Positions 1-12,900 of a stretch of DNA of 64,000 nt are shown here, one piece after another. The stretch lies in NCBI RefSeq assembly GCF_031769215.1, contig NW_026782172.1, positions 124,001 through 188,000 of the forward strand, read 5' to 3'. The position numbers and the translations under genes are program-made. Source of the DNA: Ylistrum balloti. Its lineage: Eukaryota. A model generated the notes under the pieces. It was not told the origin of the DNA, did no database searches, and saw only the letters and a program-made list of their open reading frames with translations. How positions within the stretch are numbered: the first letter of the stretch is position 1; each line of letters opens with the position of its first letter.

Positions 1-1965
1 ATTTACCGGGGTGAATATACATTTTTATTATATTTTTACAAGCGAAATATACGAAATGGCAAATTTGATCATTTTGTAATTATCACTAGTGATGTTATAC
101 ATGTAACTTTTCCGATGTTGATATCACTTTTCCAGTTCCCTTTTCAATTAGTGCTTTCTAGTCACTACCTTAAACATTTTTCGATTTTTCTGGTAGGATA
201 TAATTATATTTTGAATCTTTTTCTTGCTCATTGCTGGATCTCTATAACCTGCTCTCTAAATAGTTTTGAAAACCGATTCTTACCCGATAGGAGTATAAGC
301 TGCCAGTGAAACCACGTAAACCAGCCTTTTCAAACTGGCCTTTAGACTTTACCTGCTTTAGTTAGGACTTTTCTCCGCTAAACAGTGCTCGGTCGTGGTA
401 TCATCGAGACGAAGTCTTAGCGTACAGTAGAAAAGCTACGGTAAGCAATCTAATCTATGACATCGACTTGTTGTCAAGGGTAACGTCAAAATATATGACG
501 TCAAAGAAAGACAGCTGTTTTTTCAAGAATGGTTTTTAACACCGGCCGTTTACTTTAAGTTTGGAAAAGTTTTTTCCCTATTTGTTTATGTCGTTTAGGC
601 GTCTCAGTGGTTAATTTCAATTGTGTTTCATAGAACTCTATTCCTTTCCTTGTGGTCAAAACATCGCTGGAAAATAAACTGAGTTCCTTATAGCAAGCCA
701 CAGTTGCAGTAAAGGTATTGTCTTTGGGATGTCGTCCATAAATAGTAATTGCGTGTTTGAATTAAGATTATGTTGAAAATAAATCGATATTTCGCTGTGC
801 ATAAAAATATCATTGAATTTACTGGGTCCCGAATAACACACTTATTTGGATTGGGCTTAAACTCACTCTGAAGGTTCGGAAATGTTCGTGCATGGTGCAT
901 TGGTGCATTTTACGGAATACATTTTAAGATATTTTACCCACTAACTGAAGAGGTCTTATGTAAATGGAATGTCAACCTGAACATCGTATTTCGCTCAGTG
1001 GAAGATGTAAGTTTGAAACCATCAGGAACATCTCTCATAGCTAATAGTGTTTGTTAATTTGTGATGACCAGCAACACAGTTATTGCATGGGGAAAGTTAA
1101 GAGGGGGCCATCCTTAAAGAATCGTTATTCTTAAGAGTCAACTACGTTCAACTGCTGAACCGTTTTAAAGCTTTGAATAAATGAAAACAATAGCCTAAAA
1201 AAGAAACATTATTGTGTAAAAAGACTAATTCAAAATTATTAAACGAAGTATTGATTGGGTCGGAAAACAAATATAGATATGGGAACCCTGTATTTATCTG
1301 AGAAAAGATTTAAGATTTTAACACTAATCTAAAAATCAATACTTGAAAGCCATGTAGCGCCTGCTAGCAAGAAATATTTATCACAGTGGCATCTTAGAAT
1401 ACAATTGCAGTGGAAAAAATCGATGAACAATTTGTTGATTTCATTTTTGTCAACATCGAATGCATCATTATTATGCTAATTACTATCCCTTGATATTATG
1501 TGTGGTTTTATTCATGACTTTGAAAACTCTACGAGGCTAATTTGATCGTTATGAATTAAGATTTTTACCGTATTCTACATCTCAGGTTCAGTAGATTTTT
1601 GCAGAAATGACACGATATCGGTACATGTACCAGTTGATATAATTTGGTTAGTTTTTATATTGATTAAAGTCCTATCAACGTCTATTGATGGATGACCTCC
1701 CTATTTAGGCTAGATGAAGGATGGTGTTGAGTGCGTGTGTTTGTAGGAGGCTGTAATGTGTTCGTGTTATAGTGCTACCACACTGAAGTATGTTGCAGCT
1801 GATCAGGTCATGATGCAACCATTCATTACAACACAAAATGAGAAGAGTTATGAAAAAATCAGTAATTTCCTTTTCAAAAGACACTGCTATGAGAATAGAA
1901 AATCAGGAAATTAGGGCTAGAGGATATCAGAGCTAGACAAAAGAAAATCCAAGATATCAGGGATA

Positions 1966-2156
1966 AACTCAAAGTCAGTAGAACTAGGGCAAAACATGAG
2001 CAAAAGAAAGATTAACACAGAGAAAACATTAAAAGTCTGTAGAACGAGGGCAAAACATGAACAAAATAAAGATTTACACAGAGAAACTCAAAGTTAGTAG
2101 AACTAGGACAAAACATGAACAATAGAAATATTAACACAGAGAAACTCAAAGTCATT
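1966..2156. repeat. Degenerate tandem repeat, about 3 copies of a 58-61 bp unit (agaactagggcaaaacatga...acacagagaaa)
   Basis: Unit starts read at about 1980, 2041 and 2099. Confidence 0.7.
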
Positions 2157-5066
2157 GCATAGCATGGTGTTTTTATCAAAACCAGAAACAGAGATGTGGT
2201 AAAGGATAATGTGATTATAGTCATGATATATCTGAATTTAGCCCGTAATTGACAATGTCACTGGCTACTGGTGGGGGAAATTAGACGTCACGCTTTCTAA
2301 CTAGTGATTGTACGAACATAAGAATACCATTCCACATGATTTCGTAATGTTCATATCTACAGATCCAGAAGTACTGTATGTCAGCTGATAAAAAGAGATG
2401 TTTCAAGTACAATGATACATTGTTAACGGCTGTACGACCGTCTATATAGCAATACATTACATGGAATCGATGCTGTGTCTGATGAGCGACATAGAAGTCA
2501 TTACAACGCATATTACCAGAAAATACCAGAACATAATGGAACTGCTACGTAAAATCGTGTTTTATACAATCATCTATTTATATTTAACCAAAATAATGTT
2601 GTCGTTAAAATGACCATAGCCCTCTCCAGTACATTTTTCATTTTTTATTTTACATTTCATTACAGTCAGCCATTATATGCTACCAGAATTCTGATCGGCA
2701 ATTTTCTGATGGTGACAGTATAAAAAGGTTACTAAGTAGTCATCAATATATTAATTATCAATGTCAGATCGATAGTGATTTCTAACCTTTCTGTCTCGTT
2801 CCTCACGGCTAGACACTGCCACGAAGAAGCTCTTAAGCACACTATAGAATCACATTTTGATCACATCGACGCGATGGTTATTAGATATTGATTGGTCAAT
2901 ATGTCCAGAATACTGAAACCCTATTTCACGCTACTCGTTGTTCTGGCCGTAATCACCACCAAACGTGCCAACCGCCTATCCTTCCTCTATCACAGCCGTT
3001 GCTCACCGACATTTTATGTCGAACTATTTGGTCATACATTTGCTATAAGGAATATGTAGTTTTCAAATTTTGTGTTTTCAACGACAGCAATTAATCAACG
3101 GAAAGACGATATTTACCGTCAATCATGTCAGCCGGCTGTAACGTTGTCAGTCGACACACCTTTGTTTTTGCATTTTGGCAGTGAAATATTGAGAAATATC
3201 TCATTGATAAAAGTATTATTTTTCACCATTGCGCAGATACTATTATATTTGACACATCTGTTTAATGTATTTGTTGTTACTGAAGATTATAATATCTATC
3301 ATCTTTTCATTACAATTCAGGGATTTGTGACATGTGTATTAATAGTGACATTTCTAATTATAGAAATTACAATTAAGACATAAATAAAGGCTAAAGTGAG
3401 CAGAGATGTAGATATTCTGACTGACCAGCACATGTATTCCTTCACAGTTACTGAACGGTCTAGTGAAAACTGTTGGATTCTCTGAAGCTTTAGGATAGGA
3501 AGATTCTATCCGAAAAGAAGATAGAAACAAAACAACAAATAAAATACCGAATCGCCCATAGAATTTTTAATTTAAACTAAAATAACACATATAAGATTAA
3601 CACGTATATCACTGAAAAAAGTAGGAGCGACATACGATCAGATCATTCGGAATGTAAACCGTCTGATGCTTCATAGACGACACACGCCGAAAACAACAGA
3701 ACCAGCAGACTTACGGGCATCATAAGGAAAATCGTTCAAGTGATATTGGGGCAAAGCTATTAAACATTATATCAACTGGCACAAGCAAGCATTGGATGTT
3801 GCTATTCAGAAATGTAAAATTCAGAATACGGCAAAACTGAAATCATCAAACTTATCACTCAGTGTGATGGAATGCTGTCCCTATTATTCTCATGATAAAA
3901 AACAAACGGTAGATTTAGAAGAAATTATTTCTCCTTTATTTCCAATTTTAGCAGGTACAGACAACCACGTCCTTGTTATCTAAAGAGAATCGATTTTTAA
4001 ATAAAATTAAAGGACTTATTGGTGACCGGTTTTGTTATGCACCTCGATTGATTTATCCCTATAAAACAAAACCAATTAAGGTAAGGTGGGGAGGGTGGGA
4101 GGATTTTATTTTCTTAAGAACAGTTTGATGAAACATTTTACTGCCAACCTGGACCAGAACATTATCAATAACATCTTCTAGACTTTGTCTAGGACTAGAC
4201 GGCCAAGAATCCGAGAGTAGAAATTTCAAGTCCTTTCTTAAATTAAAAAATACAATATGTATTCTGACCATTTTCCCCAATTTGTATCTAATTAGTCAAT
4301 GCTGAAAATACGAGACCCTTTAATCACACCATGTAGCTGATCAATTCTCCAACATTCAATGTCACTGAACATATCACAATCACGATGACAGTATGTACGA
4401 TGTCAATTGTTATCACCCTTCTTTAAATTCACGTTCACGACTAGCACAGCATAAAAGATGAAAAATTCAAAACTCTAAGGTAATGCTTCTACCTTTGTGT
4501 TTCTGTGATATAAAGAACGGAATGTATACATTTTTATTGTCGTATCAGGTTTTAAAAGACCATAATGAATAAAGGTATTGAACTGCAGGATATTAAGATA
4601 TTCTTTGTTGGTTTGTTACAGGTTTTTCGTCTCTGTGACCCTATTATCTCTAGGTATAAGGCGTCAGTATTCTGACGTCTATGCTGTATATCAAACATGT
4701 TTACACTGAATATCGTTCTGGTCTTATAGAATGGTTTGCCATGGGAACATGTTGACGACTGCAATGTCCCCTGAACAGAAAATGATAACTCATGTATTCA
4801 TAGGATCATGGATTTGGTTCATCCCTGCAAATAACAAGGTGTAGAACTGCTGCATTAGATGTTCGATTATTTTGGTCTGGTTGGATTTGTCTCTGGTGAT
4901 CTAAAAACCTCAGCTTCCTCCATTTTAAGTCTCGGGCCGCCGTCCATAAGAAGACTGTGCGGTATTTTAGTGTTAGCATTAAGATCAATTAAGGGCAACC
5001 GAACGGTAATGCGTTTGCTGAGAGAAACTTGTCGCATTTGATCTAAGTTTGATCTTTATCTTTCAG

Positions 5067-5150
5067 CTGATATTTGAAGCTTCTGCTAGACTTCATTACG
5101 GCAGCGATTTGGCGGTAGATGATATCACATTTGATCCCCACCCTGGCTAC
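5067..5150 (+). CDS. Candidate isolated exon encoding the C-terminal strands of a MAM domain (LIFEASARLHYGSDLAVDDITFDPHPGY)
   Basis: Polypyrimidine acceptor tttatctttcag ending 5066 and donor gtgagt at 5151. 84 nt, only one open frame. IFEA...SDLAVDDITF resembles the MAM end motif (IVFEG...DIAIDDI). No upstream exons found. Confidence 0.5.
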
Positions 5151-5879
5151 GTGAGTACCACAACCGCGTAGTACGGTCACTGAAAATAGATTACTTAATA
5201 CATAATTATATCACAACGATGGCGTTGGATTCGGATTATTGAAAGACATGATAGGTTATTTAAGATGAACAACGTAATATATTTTAATTTCATAATATCA
5301 GATGGAAGCGTTTTACTTCCATATACACTTACATTTGCTTACCCAATCTGATACACGGCGTATATTACTAATGGAACTTCATTTAACTTTTACAGTAATG
5401 GTACAGCACAATGGCAGTAGAACGTCAAACGGTTTGGACTACCGCTACATGTCATTCCAAATTATTTTCATGTCAATTCTAAATGTTGTTTAATATTTTA
5501 CTTAGAAACGACAAATACACTCAGCATTTAATCAAATGTGTTATTCAGTATTTGTGGTATGTATGCAGAATCAACAATAAAATTGTTATCCTGATTATAC
5601 GACAAAACCGTTTTCTTTTATAAATGACATTGATATATAGTAATATTTATACAACTGCTATTACTTAGTGGGTTAGAATAGTGGTAATTTGTGTGCGTCA
5701 GTAGTGTTTTTTTCGAGCTCAAATTCGGAAAAAGAACAACACTAAGATGAAATATTCCACATAAACTACTGCACATGCGCCTAAGAAAAGGATATTTCAT
5801 ACAACACGTCAACAGCATCTTAATTCCAACTCATAATAGATGATACATCGAACGACGGCAAAAAATGAACAAGAGCAGT

Positions 5880-6400
5880 ATTTGAATCGGGGGCTCCGGA
5901 AAGGTAAACGTCTTTTGCTTCATATGCTTCGTCGACGTCACCGACCATATAAATCTAAGTCAATCTAAGCAAGTAATGCCACGTTCCTAAATAAGAACAA
6001 TGTTACAAACAGCGGAACCATAAGGCATGCTAATGAACATCGAAATCGTTTCACGAAAAATCGAATAAAATGCTATAACTTTTCACGTTGTGATGACCAT
6101 GAAAAATCTATATAATATTCATCAACCTGCATCTCTTGAAACTTTTTTTGAGTTTATCTGTCAGCTTTCGAGATCTAGCATACGGCAAACTTTGATATTG
6201 GGACAAGCCCTTGACTATCGAATCAAATGTGACATGCAAACAACATTGTTTGGGGAATCTGGTTGATTCTAGAAATGGAAATTGCACAGGATCTTAATTG
6301 AAAACACCGACATTAATTGTACAGCTTCGTTTAATGTTGAAGGGACAGATCCGGGTGATATAGAGTCCGTTGTGTCCTTAATTTCAGATTATACATATGC
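5880..6400 (-). mobile_element. Degraded Penelope-like retroelement 3' fragment
   Basis: Minus-strand relic translation EIKDTTDS...NFHF...SHLIR*SRACP resembles the PLE RT thumb (NFPFL...SQLIRYARAC). It is followed by the family terminal motif (aaggtaaacgtcttttgcttca near 5901). Confidence 0.5.
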
Positions 6401-9400
6401 TATGGATATGGTCAAAGGATGTCTTGGTATTAAAGACAAGATATTATGAATATATATAAAAGTTAAACTGAAGGATTAGGAAATGTGACTGACAAAAAAA
6501 CAAAAAAAACAAAAGACTGAGATGGTAAGCATGTTCTTCCTCACTGTACAGGGTTGCTATTAAATTTTAAAAAATCCAATATAAAGGAGGGATGTCCGTT
6601 TCCGGATAACAATCTTTAAGATTGAAGGTGGAAGACACTGCTGGTGGATTTTAAGTCTTCGAGGTTTGCCGAATAGTGGCACGGTTCAGAAAATAAACTT
6701 GTACTTGACATTATTCCAAAATTATCTAAACGTGAAAATTACGAAATTTATCTAATTGTGGGGCTGCTGCACCTCCCGATCTAGAATTTGACTTTTCTTT
6801 TGATCACTTTGCGTTTTCCTTAGTGGCCTCCTAGCTTGCTTCAAATTTCAGGCATAGCCTCACTGACGACTCCCAGAAGGACTAAACAGCTGTACAATGC
6901 AGTTTAATTAATTCTGTAGCTCTACTGTATCTCATTCTCAATTATGAAATGGTGCTATTCACTTGTGTGTCTTTTGTACAGTATTTAAAATGGATATGTG
7001 AATTACTGTAAACCTGAAGCAAACTTAGTTTTTCATGTAATCATGCTAAAATGTAATGAAAACTTGTAGGATAGGGCTACCGGGAGCCTTTCTTGCATTG
7101 GCGTTATCACATAATTATTATCCAGAGTGAAGTAGTCTTCATTAGGATTAAGGAATTGATGTGTGTTTTGGTTTTATTCTAGATTTTTAAGTGATAAATC
7201 TTTTAAGAATGATAGACAGATCTGAGCGTACGGACAGTCTTAAAACTATCAGCATAGTTTCTGTCATATAAACAATAATTTATGAAGTCGCCAAATGTCT
7301 TAATACCACCAGGTACATTATAACGAATTCAACGTATTTTCAATATTATGGAAATTTGTTTATGGACTGAAAAAGTGGAACCCAATCAATTATAAACAAT
7401 GTTAACTTTTGTTGCATAATAACTTAGAATCTAATAACACCATTTTTTACAATATAGTCACAACAGACTGTGTCTGGCAATTATTGTTGTTTGATAATCT
7501 AGTTTTACTAACATTTTCGAGGCTTTTTGCCATACACTCTACCAAAGTTTTACGTATATAAGGCCTAGTGGTGTCCAAGAAACTTGTACTGAAAATTGAG
7601 GACATCAAATTACCGCTTACATTATTCAGCAGAACAAACCTTTACATATCATATGTATTTGTATTTCGTTCAGGGTGGGTTGCTCCCATGATAAGGTTAA
7701 GAAAAAAAGATCCGTTTGAACATTTGATATTTTTGTGATTGATGTTGGTCCATTTGAGGTTGACTTTATTATAATCAACATACACATTTAATTTCTGAGG
7801 GGTAATCAATTAAAGCTTACACAATTGTGAATATATCATTACATCTACATTAATGTTTTCAATAGATAACAAAACATTTTTGACCGCGTCCATAAAAAAA
7901 AAAAAAAAAAAAAACGACATGGTGTATGATTTTAAATTCCCTATTGTGAAATTTCTATTTTTGGCAGTTACATACCTGCGTCCCCATCCGACTTGTACAG
8001 TGTTTTCATATCACTGTTGATCCGATATTCACGAGCCTATTGTTATTATCACACAAGGATTCAAAAACAAAATCCTTTGCGTGGTATGAAACTGATGTTG
8101 GCCTTTACTCCTCATATCTTTCAGAGGAGTCTCCGTGTAAATATTTTGCCCTAGTTGTATTGCGTTTGAGTCTGGATTATGCTTATGTTGACATGCTGGT
8201 GCTTTTTACAGATATGTACCTCCTGCAGGCATTCAACATTATCATCCTAATTATGATTTAAACAAAGCATGTATGATTTGATTTATATCAAAATAGGATA
8301 GATGATATTAGAATCTACCTCCGTGAAAAACATAAAAGAATGTACCCATGACATAATCGGGTTCATAAGGATGGGGTTTATAACTGAACAATAGAAATCT
8401 TATGACACAACAAATAGTTCATCTAGCCGCCCGTTATTGATATGCTTCTGATGTCATGCCATCCCCTCTGGGAACCTCGATAAGATGCTTACGTTGCGTC
8501 ACCACCGCTGGTCCGTGTAAAGAGGATGACCTTACCACTAACGCTACAACGAAACTACATCCACAAGCGATCATACATCGATCTGAAGACATCGTCTTTA
8601 TTCATACACACCTTGTGACAAGATGTACAATAATGGAAGACTACTTGAAATCGTCATTATGGGGAAATTATGCTTCGTTTATTTCAAGAAATCATCTTAC
8701 TACAAATCTACTCTGAATCGATCTTAGAGTTGGTGAAATATAACTTACATAGAAACACACAGATTGAGTTGGTGCTGAGCCAGACTGTTATTTCAGTTTA
8801 TTACGTAAACGGTATCTTATCGATTTGTGGGATTTTGGAATCCTTCATGTAACTGTTGCCTAATGAAGCAGCCTGGACAACAAAAACAGGTTCATATGCA
8901 AAGACTGCATTTTACCAACAGAAAATAAGCATCTGCTCGTAGGTCAAATAGATGTTTATCTGTCAAAGTGACTAGCTTGCTGGCTTCCTGTGATACTCGT
9001 GACATTTGTGTAAAGGGTGTAACAGGGAATATATTTATCATGAGTTGGTGAGAAAACAAAAAATAAGAGAAACAAAACACTAGGAGACATGCATTCCTTT
9101 ACGTCATCTGCTGTCGTACATTACTTAAATGTCAACATATGATGAGTAGCAAATTATATATGTTTTGTCTATGATAGGGATTGCTATAAGGTTCGGTCTG
9201 GAAGACCTGACGCTACTTGCTGTGTTTGTGAAGATCTTTTGGTTACTCATTACAGATACTAAAGAACAAAACTTGAAATTGACATTATTTAATCTCTACA
9301 AAAAGTTGGAAATAATGAGCATTGTAAAAGTCATTATACCCGTTATCCTTCATTTTGTGCGCATTGGTTGGATTGTCGAATCTATACTGTAATACCTGAC

Positions 9401-9428
9401 ATTTGTTAATTCGTGCAGGGTTTACTGT

Positions 9429-9459
9429 GGGCGGGGAACATTGACAATCTGAGTCAGCA
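9429..9459 (+). promoter_or_regulatory. GC box (gggcgggg) plus AP-1/MARE-like TGAGTCAGCA upstream of the Hv start codon
   Basis: Motifs read at 9429-9436 and 9450-9459, about 390 bp upstream of ATG 9846. Function is inferred only. Confidence 0.3.
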
Positions 9460-9845
9460 GTCCACAAACACTTTCAAGAGCAACGGCCTTTCTTGATCAA
9501 CCAGCGCACTAACAACAAGAGTTGAGGAGAGGAAACGCGCCAACATGCTCCCGATTCATTTCGAATGCAGTGTCAATGCCAAATCTATATCTAATGAATT
9601 GAATCGTGTTCGAAATTGTTAAAGTTTACAACAACTTTTCATATAAGATGATACGTGTCAAAACACTAAATACATGGATACTAATCGATGAAAGTCAGTG
9701 AGTTTTATTTGTGAATGGAAACTGATATCACACTATATTTGTTTTAAACTTAAGTCAGTGATTTATCTCTGCATCCTCAATATCAACACTGTTAAGATTT
9801 CAGCTCAGGTTTGTTGTTTGTTTTAATATCTATTGACACTGTAAG

Positions 9846-9931
9846 ATGGCTCTAGTTATGGAGGATAAGGAATCGATTGAAAAACTTTCTCTGGCTGCTG
9901 AGCATGGAAGTTCAGAACCAGAGATGAAAAG
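9846..9931 (+). CDS. HVCN1: Hv coding exon 1 (MALVMEDKESIEKLSLAAEHGSSEPEMK)
   Basis: ATG at 9846, donor gtgagt at 9932, phase 2 matches exon 2. A further upstream exon cannot be excluded. Confidence 0.7.
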
Positions 9932-12900
9932 GTGAGTTTCATTTTCTGTTTAATCATTCTGTTCTCTAAGATATTATTCTTAAACTGCTATGGTATTGTA
10001 TTTTGATATCATTAAACGATTTTATCACTTTATCACTTATTTTCACTATGGACGGGGTGCCTTTTAAATTAGTGTTAGTGTTCGCATGTGTATGTTTGTT
10101 GTTTGAATAAGATCAAGCCTTAGTTTGGATTGGGAATGATTTTAATTACCCATTCGCTCCCCTAAAACAGCCAAGGTCATATGAAGACGGTAGTATAGAT
10201 AATATTGACAGATCTGTCGCCTCTTTTAATTATTTACTCCATCTATTAGTGTAATCTGAATGAAAAAAAAAACAAAACGAAATCAACATGAACATATTCA
10301 TACCATGTTTATCGAGAGGCGTGCTATCCCTGCATCCCAACCTATGGTTTTATATGTTCTATTTGAGGAATAACCAATTACTGTATTTGAAAAGAATGAT
10401 CGAACCTTTTTCCTATACGTGTTGTATACATTGTTTTCATTTAAGAACATGGCGGTACTTTCTTGGATTGATCAAGGTTGGTGGGTGAGATAATGCGGAT
10501 AAATGTAATTTTTCCATATTAGTTACAAATTGAAACATATGTTCTTATTACACAGCCAAGGGATTAATTGTGACGTTCCAATACCCACAAGGTCACCTTC
10601 ATTAGACAAATGAGCAGCATGAAGTGAAATGTTTTAGCACTGCCGTATGAAACTTACGAAATTGAATTGAAACGACAGACTTTCGCGGTTGCACTGTACA
10701 CCTATGTACACTAGTGACTATATATAAAACTATAAAGAACGAACCGTACACTAGATGGTAACAATTTAGTGTAGTCGCTTCGGACACGCTTTGTTTAACA
10801 CTGAATGACAGTATGTGTCCTCTCGTTCCTGTTTAGTATGACTCGCTGTGGCGTATCCAGATGGATTCTTTGAACACAATTGTTTTCCTTATCGACTAAT
10901 CGGGAATTTTCGCATTAAATGCTATTATGCTGCTGTTTTGAATGATATGAAAGTGTTGATTTATTGAGCGTGGGCTGAGATAGCCTTAGAGCTGATTTGT
11001 TGAATCCGATCTTGTATACATGATTCTTGGATGTTCTTAAAATGAACTAAACTATCCTTGAGAGTCTTGTGAGGAGTGGAGGTTATTACCGTGGTCATGG
11101 TCCGACGTACCCTTGATATAAAATATGACTTCTTTTATTTTTCCCTAGTGCTTGGTTTCTTGGTCTTTTCTTAATTTTCTTAAATTCTTTGTTCACTTTC
11201 TGGATATCTCAACCGGGATGTCTACATGTTTTCGATGCGTTGTTTGTGAGTTTATTCCCGCTTCTTATTTTGTTCTTCTGTGATAATATTGTCACATCTG
11301 TTGATCACATATCGTGCAACACCTAACCTCTGGTGTAAGGAGTGGTGCGAGTCTTCGTCCGTGTGTGTTTGTCCTATATATCAAAGCGTGCTACCTTTGA
11401 TTTCTTCCTCACATGCGAATTCGTTTCTGTTGATGATATCTCTTCTATTGCTAAGTACAGTTGTATCATTTTGAGGCCATTTCATGACTAGTTGAACTGT
11501 TTGCACATCTATGAGCAAGTGCTACCCAATCGACTACACAACATTTCGACCAACTTTGTACGTTTTTTCTCTATACATTTCCACCATCGTCCAACTATTT
11601 TCTACCGAAACTGTCGGTCGATTCCGTGCCATTTCGCACACTACGTACATTAGTGTTTATACAATTCACATTGGTCATTTGTACTATGTAGTCATCAGAA
11701 GAACGTCACACTCTAATCTTCTACTGGTTGTGTTATAAGATGAAGGTGACCGTGTAGTCATCGAAACGTCACACTCTAATCTTCTACTGGTTGTGTTATA
11801 AGATGAAGGTGACCATGTAGTTATCGAAACGTCACACTCTGATCTTCTACTGCTTGTGTTATAAGATGAAAGTGACCGTGTTGTTATCGAAACGTCACAC
11901 TCTAATCTTCTACTGGTTGTGTTATAAGATGAAGGGTGACCGTGTAGTTATCGAAACGTCACACTCTAATCTTCTACTGATTGTGTTATAAGATGACGTT
12001 GACCGTAAAGTCATCAAAACGTCTCACTCTAATCTTCTACTGGTTGTGTTATAAGATGAAGGTGACCATGTAGTTATCGAAACGTCACACTCTGATCTTC
12101 TACTGCTTGTGTTATAAGATGAAAGTGACCGTGTTGTTATCGAAACGTCACACTCTAATCTTCTACTGGTTGTGTTATAAGATGAAGGGTGACCGTGTAG
12201 TTATCGAAACGTCACACTCTAATCTTCTACTGATTGTGTTATAAGATGACGTTGACCGTAAAGTCATCAAAACGTCTCACTCTAATCTTCTACTGGTTGT
12301 GTTATAAGATGAAGGTGACAGTGTAGTCATCGAAACGTCACACTCTAATCTTCTACTGGTTGTGTTATAAGATGAAGGTGACAGTGTAGTCATGGAAACG
12401 TCACACTCTAATCTTCTACTGGTTGTGTTATAAGTTTAAGGTGACCATGTAGTCAATAAAACGTCGCACTCAGATCTTCTACTGGTTGTGTTATAAGATG
12501 AAGGTGACCAGGTAGTCACCAAAACGTCACATTTTAATCTTCTACTGGTTGAGTTATAAGATGAAGGTGACCATGCAGTCATCGGAACGTCATCTTAGTA
12601 TTCAATTGATTATGTTATAACAACATCTTATATATTGAAATTATCATCCTGAAGAAAATGTTTTAAAATATCCTAACAAAGTGCTAGATAAACAAGGGTA
12701 GATAACGAAAGTAACATGTAGAATAACCCAAAGCAGAATTCCCTTTTTTTACCTTTGTTGAATTTAACACCCTATCATTATCTTTATCTGCAGTTACCCT
12801 AAATTTATTGCAAAACCTGCAGAGCAAACATATTACTCTTCAATTATGTCCGCGTGGCCTATTCTTGTTCTACAGAAATCAGATTGCATCAATAAAATCA

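Noticed and set aside
3744-3815. Second MAM-like exon (W-x9-W, YWGKAIKHYINWHKQALDV)
   Set aside because: In-frame TGA immediately after the only nearby AG, and the donor phase does not match the 5067 exon.
11686-12591. CRISPR array (also considered for 26268-26620 and 39262-40610)
   Set aside because: No unique spacers, no cas genes, and the context is eukaryotic introns.
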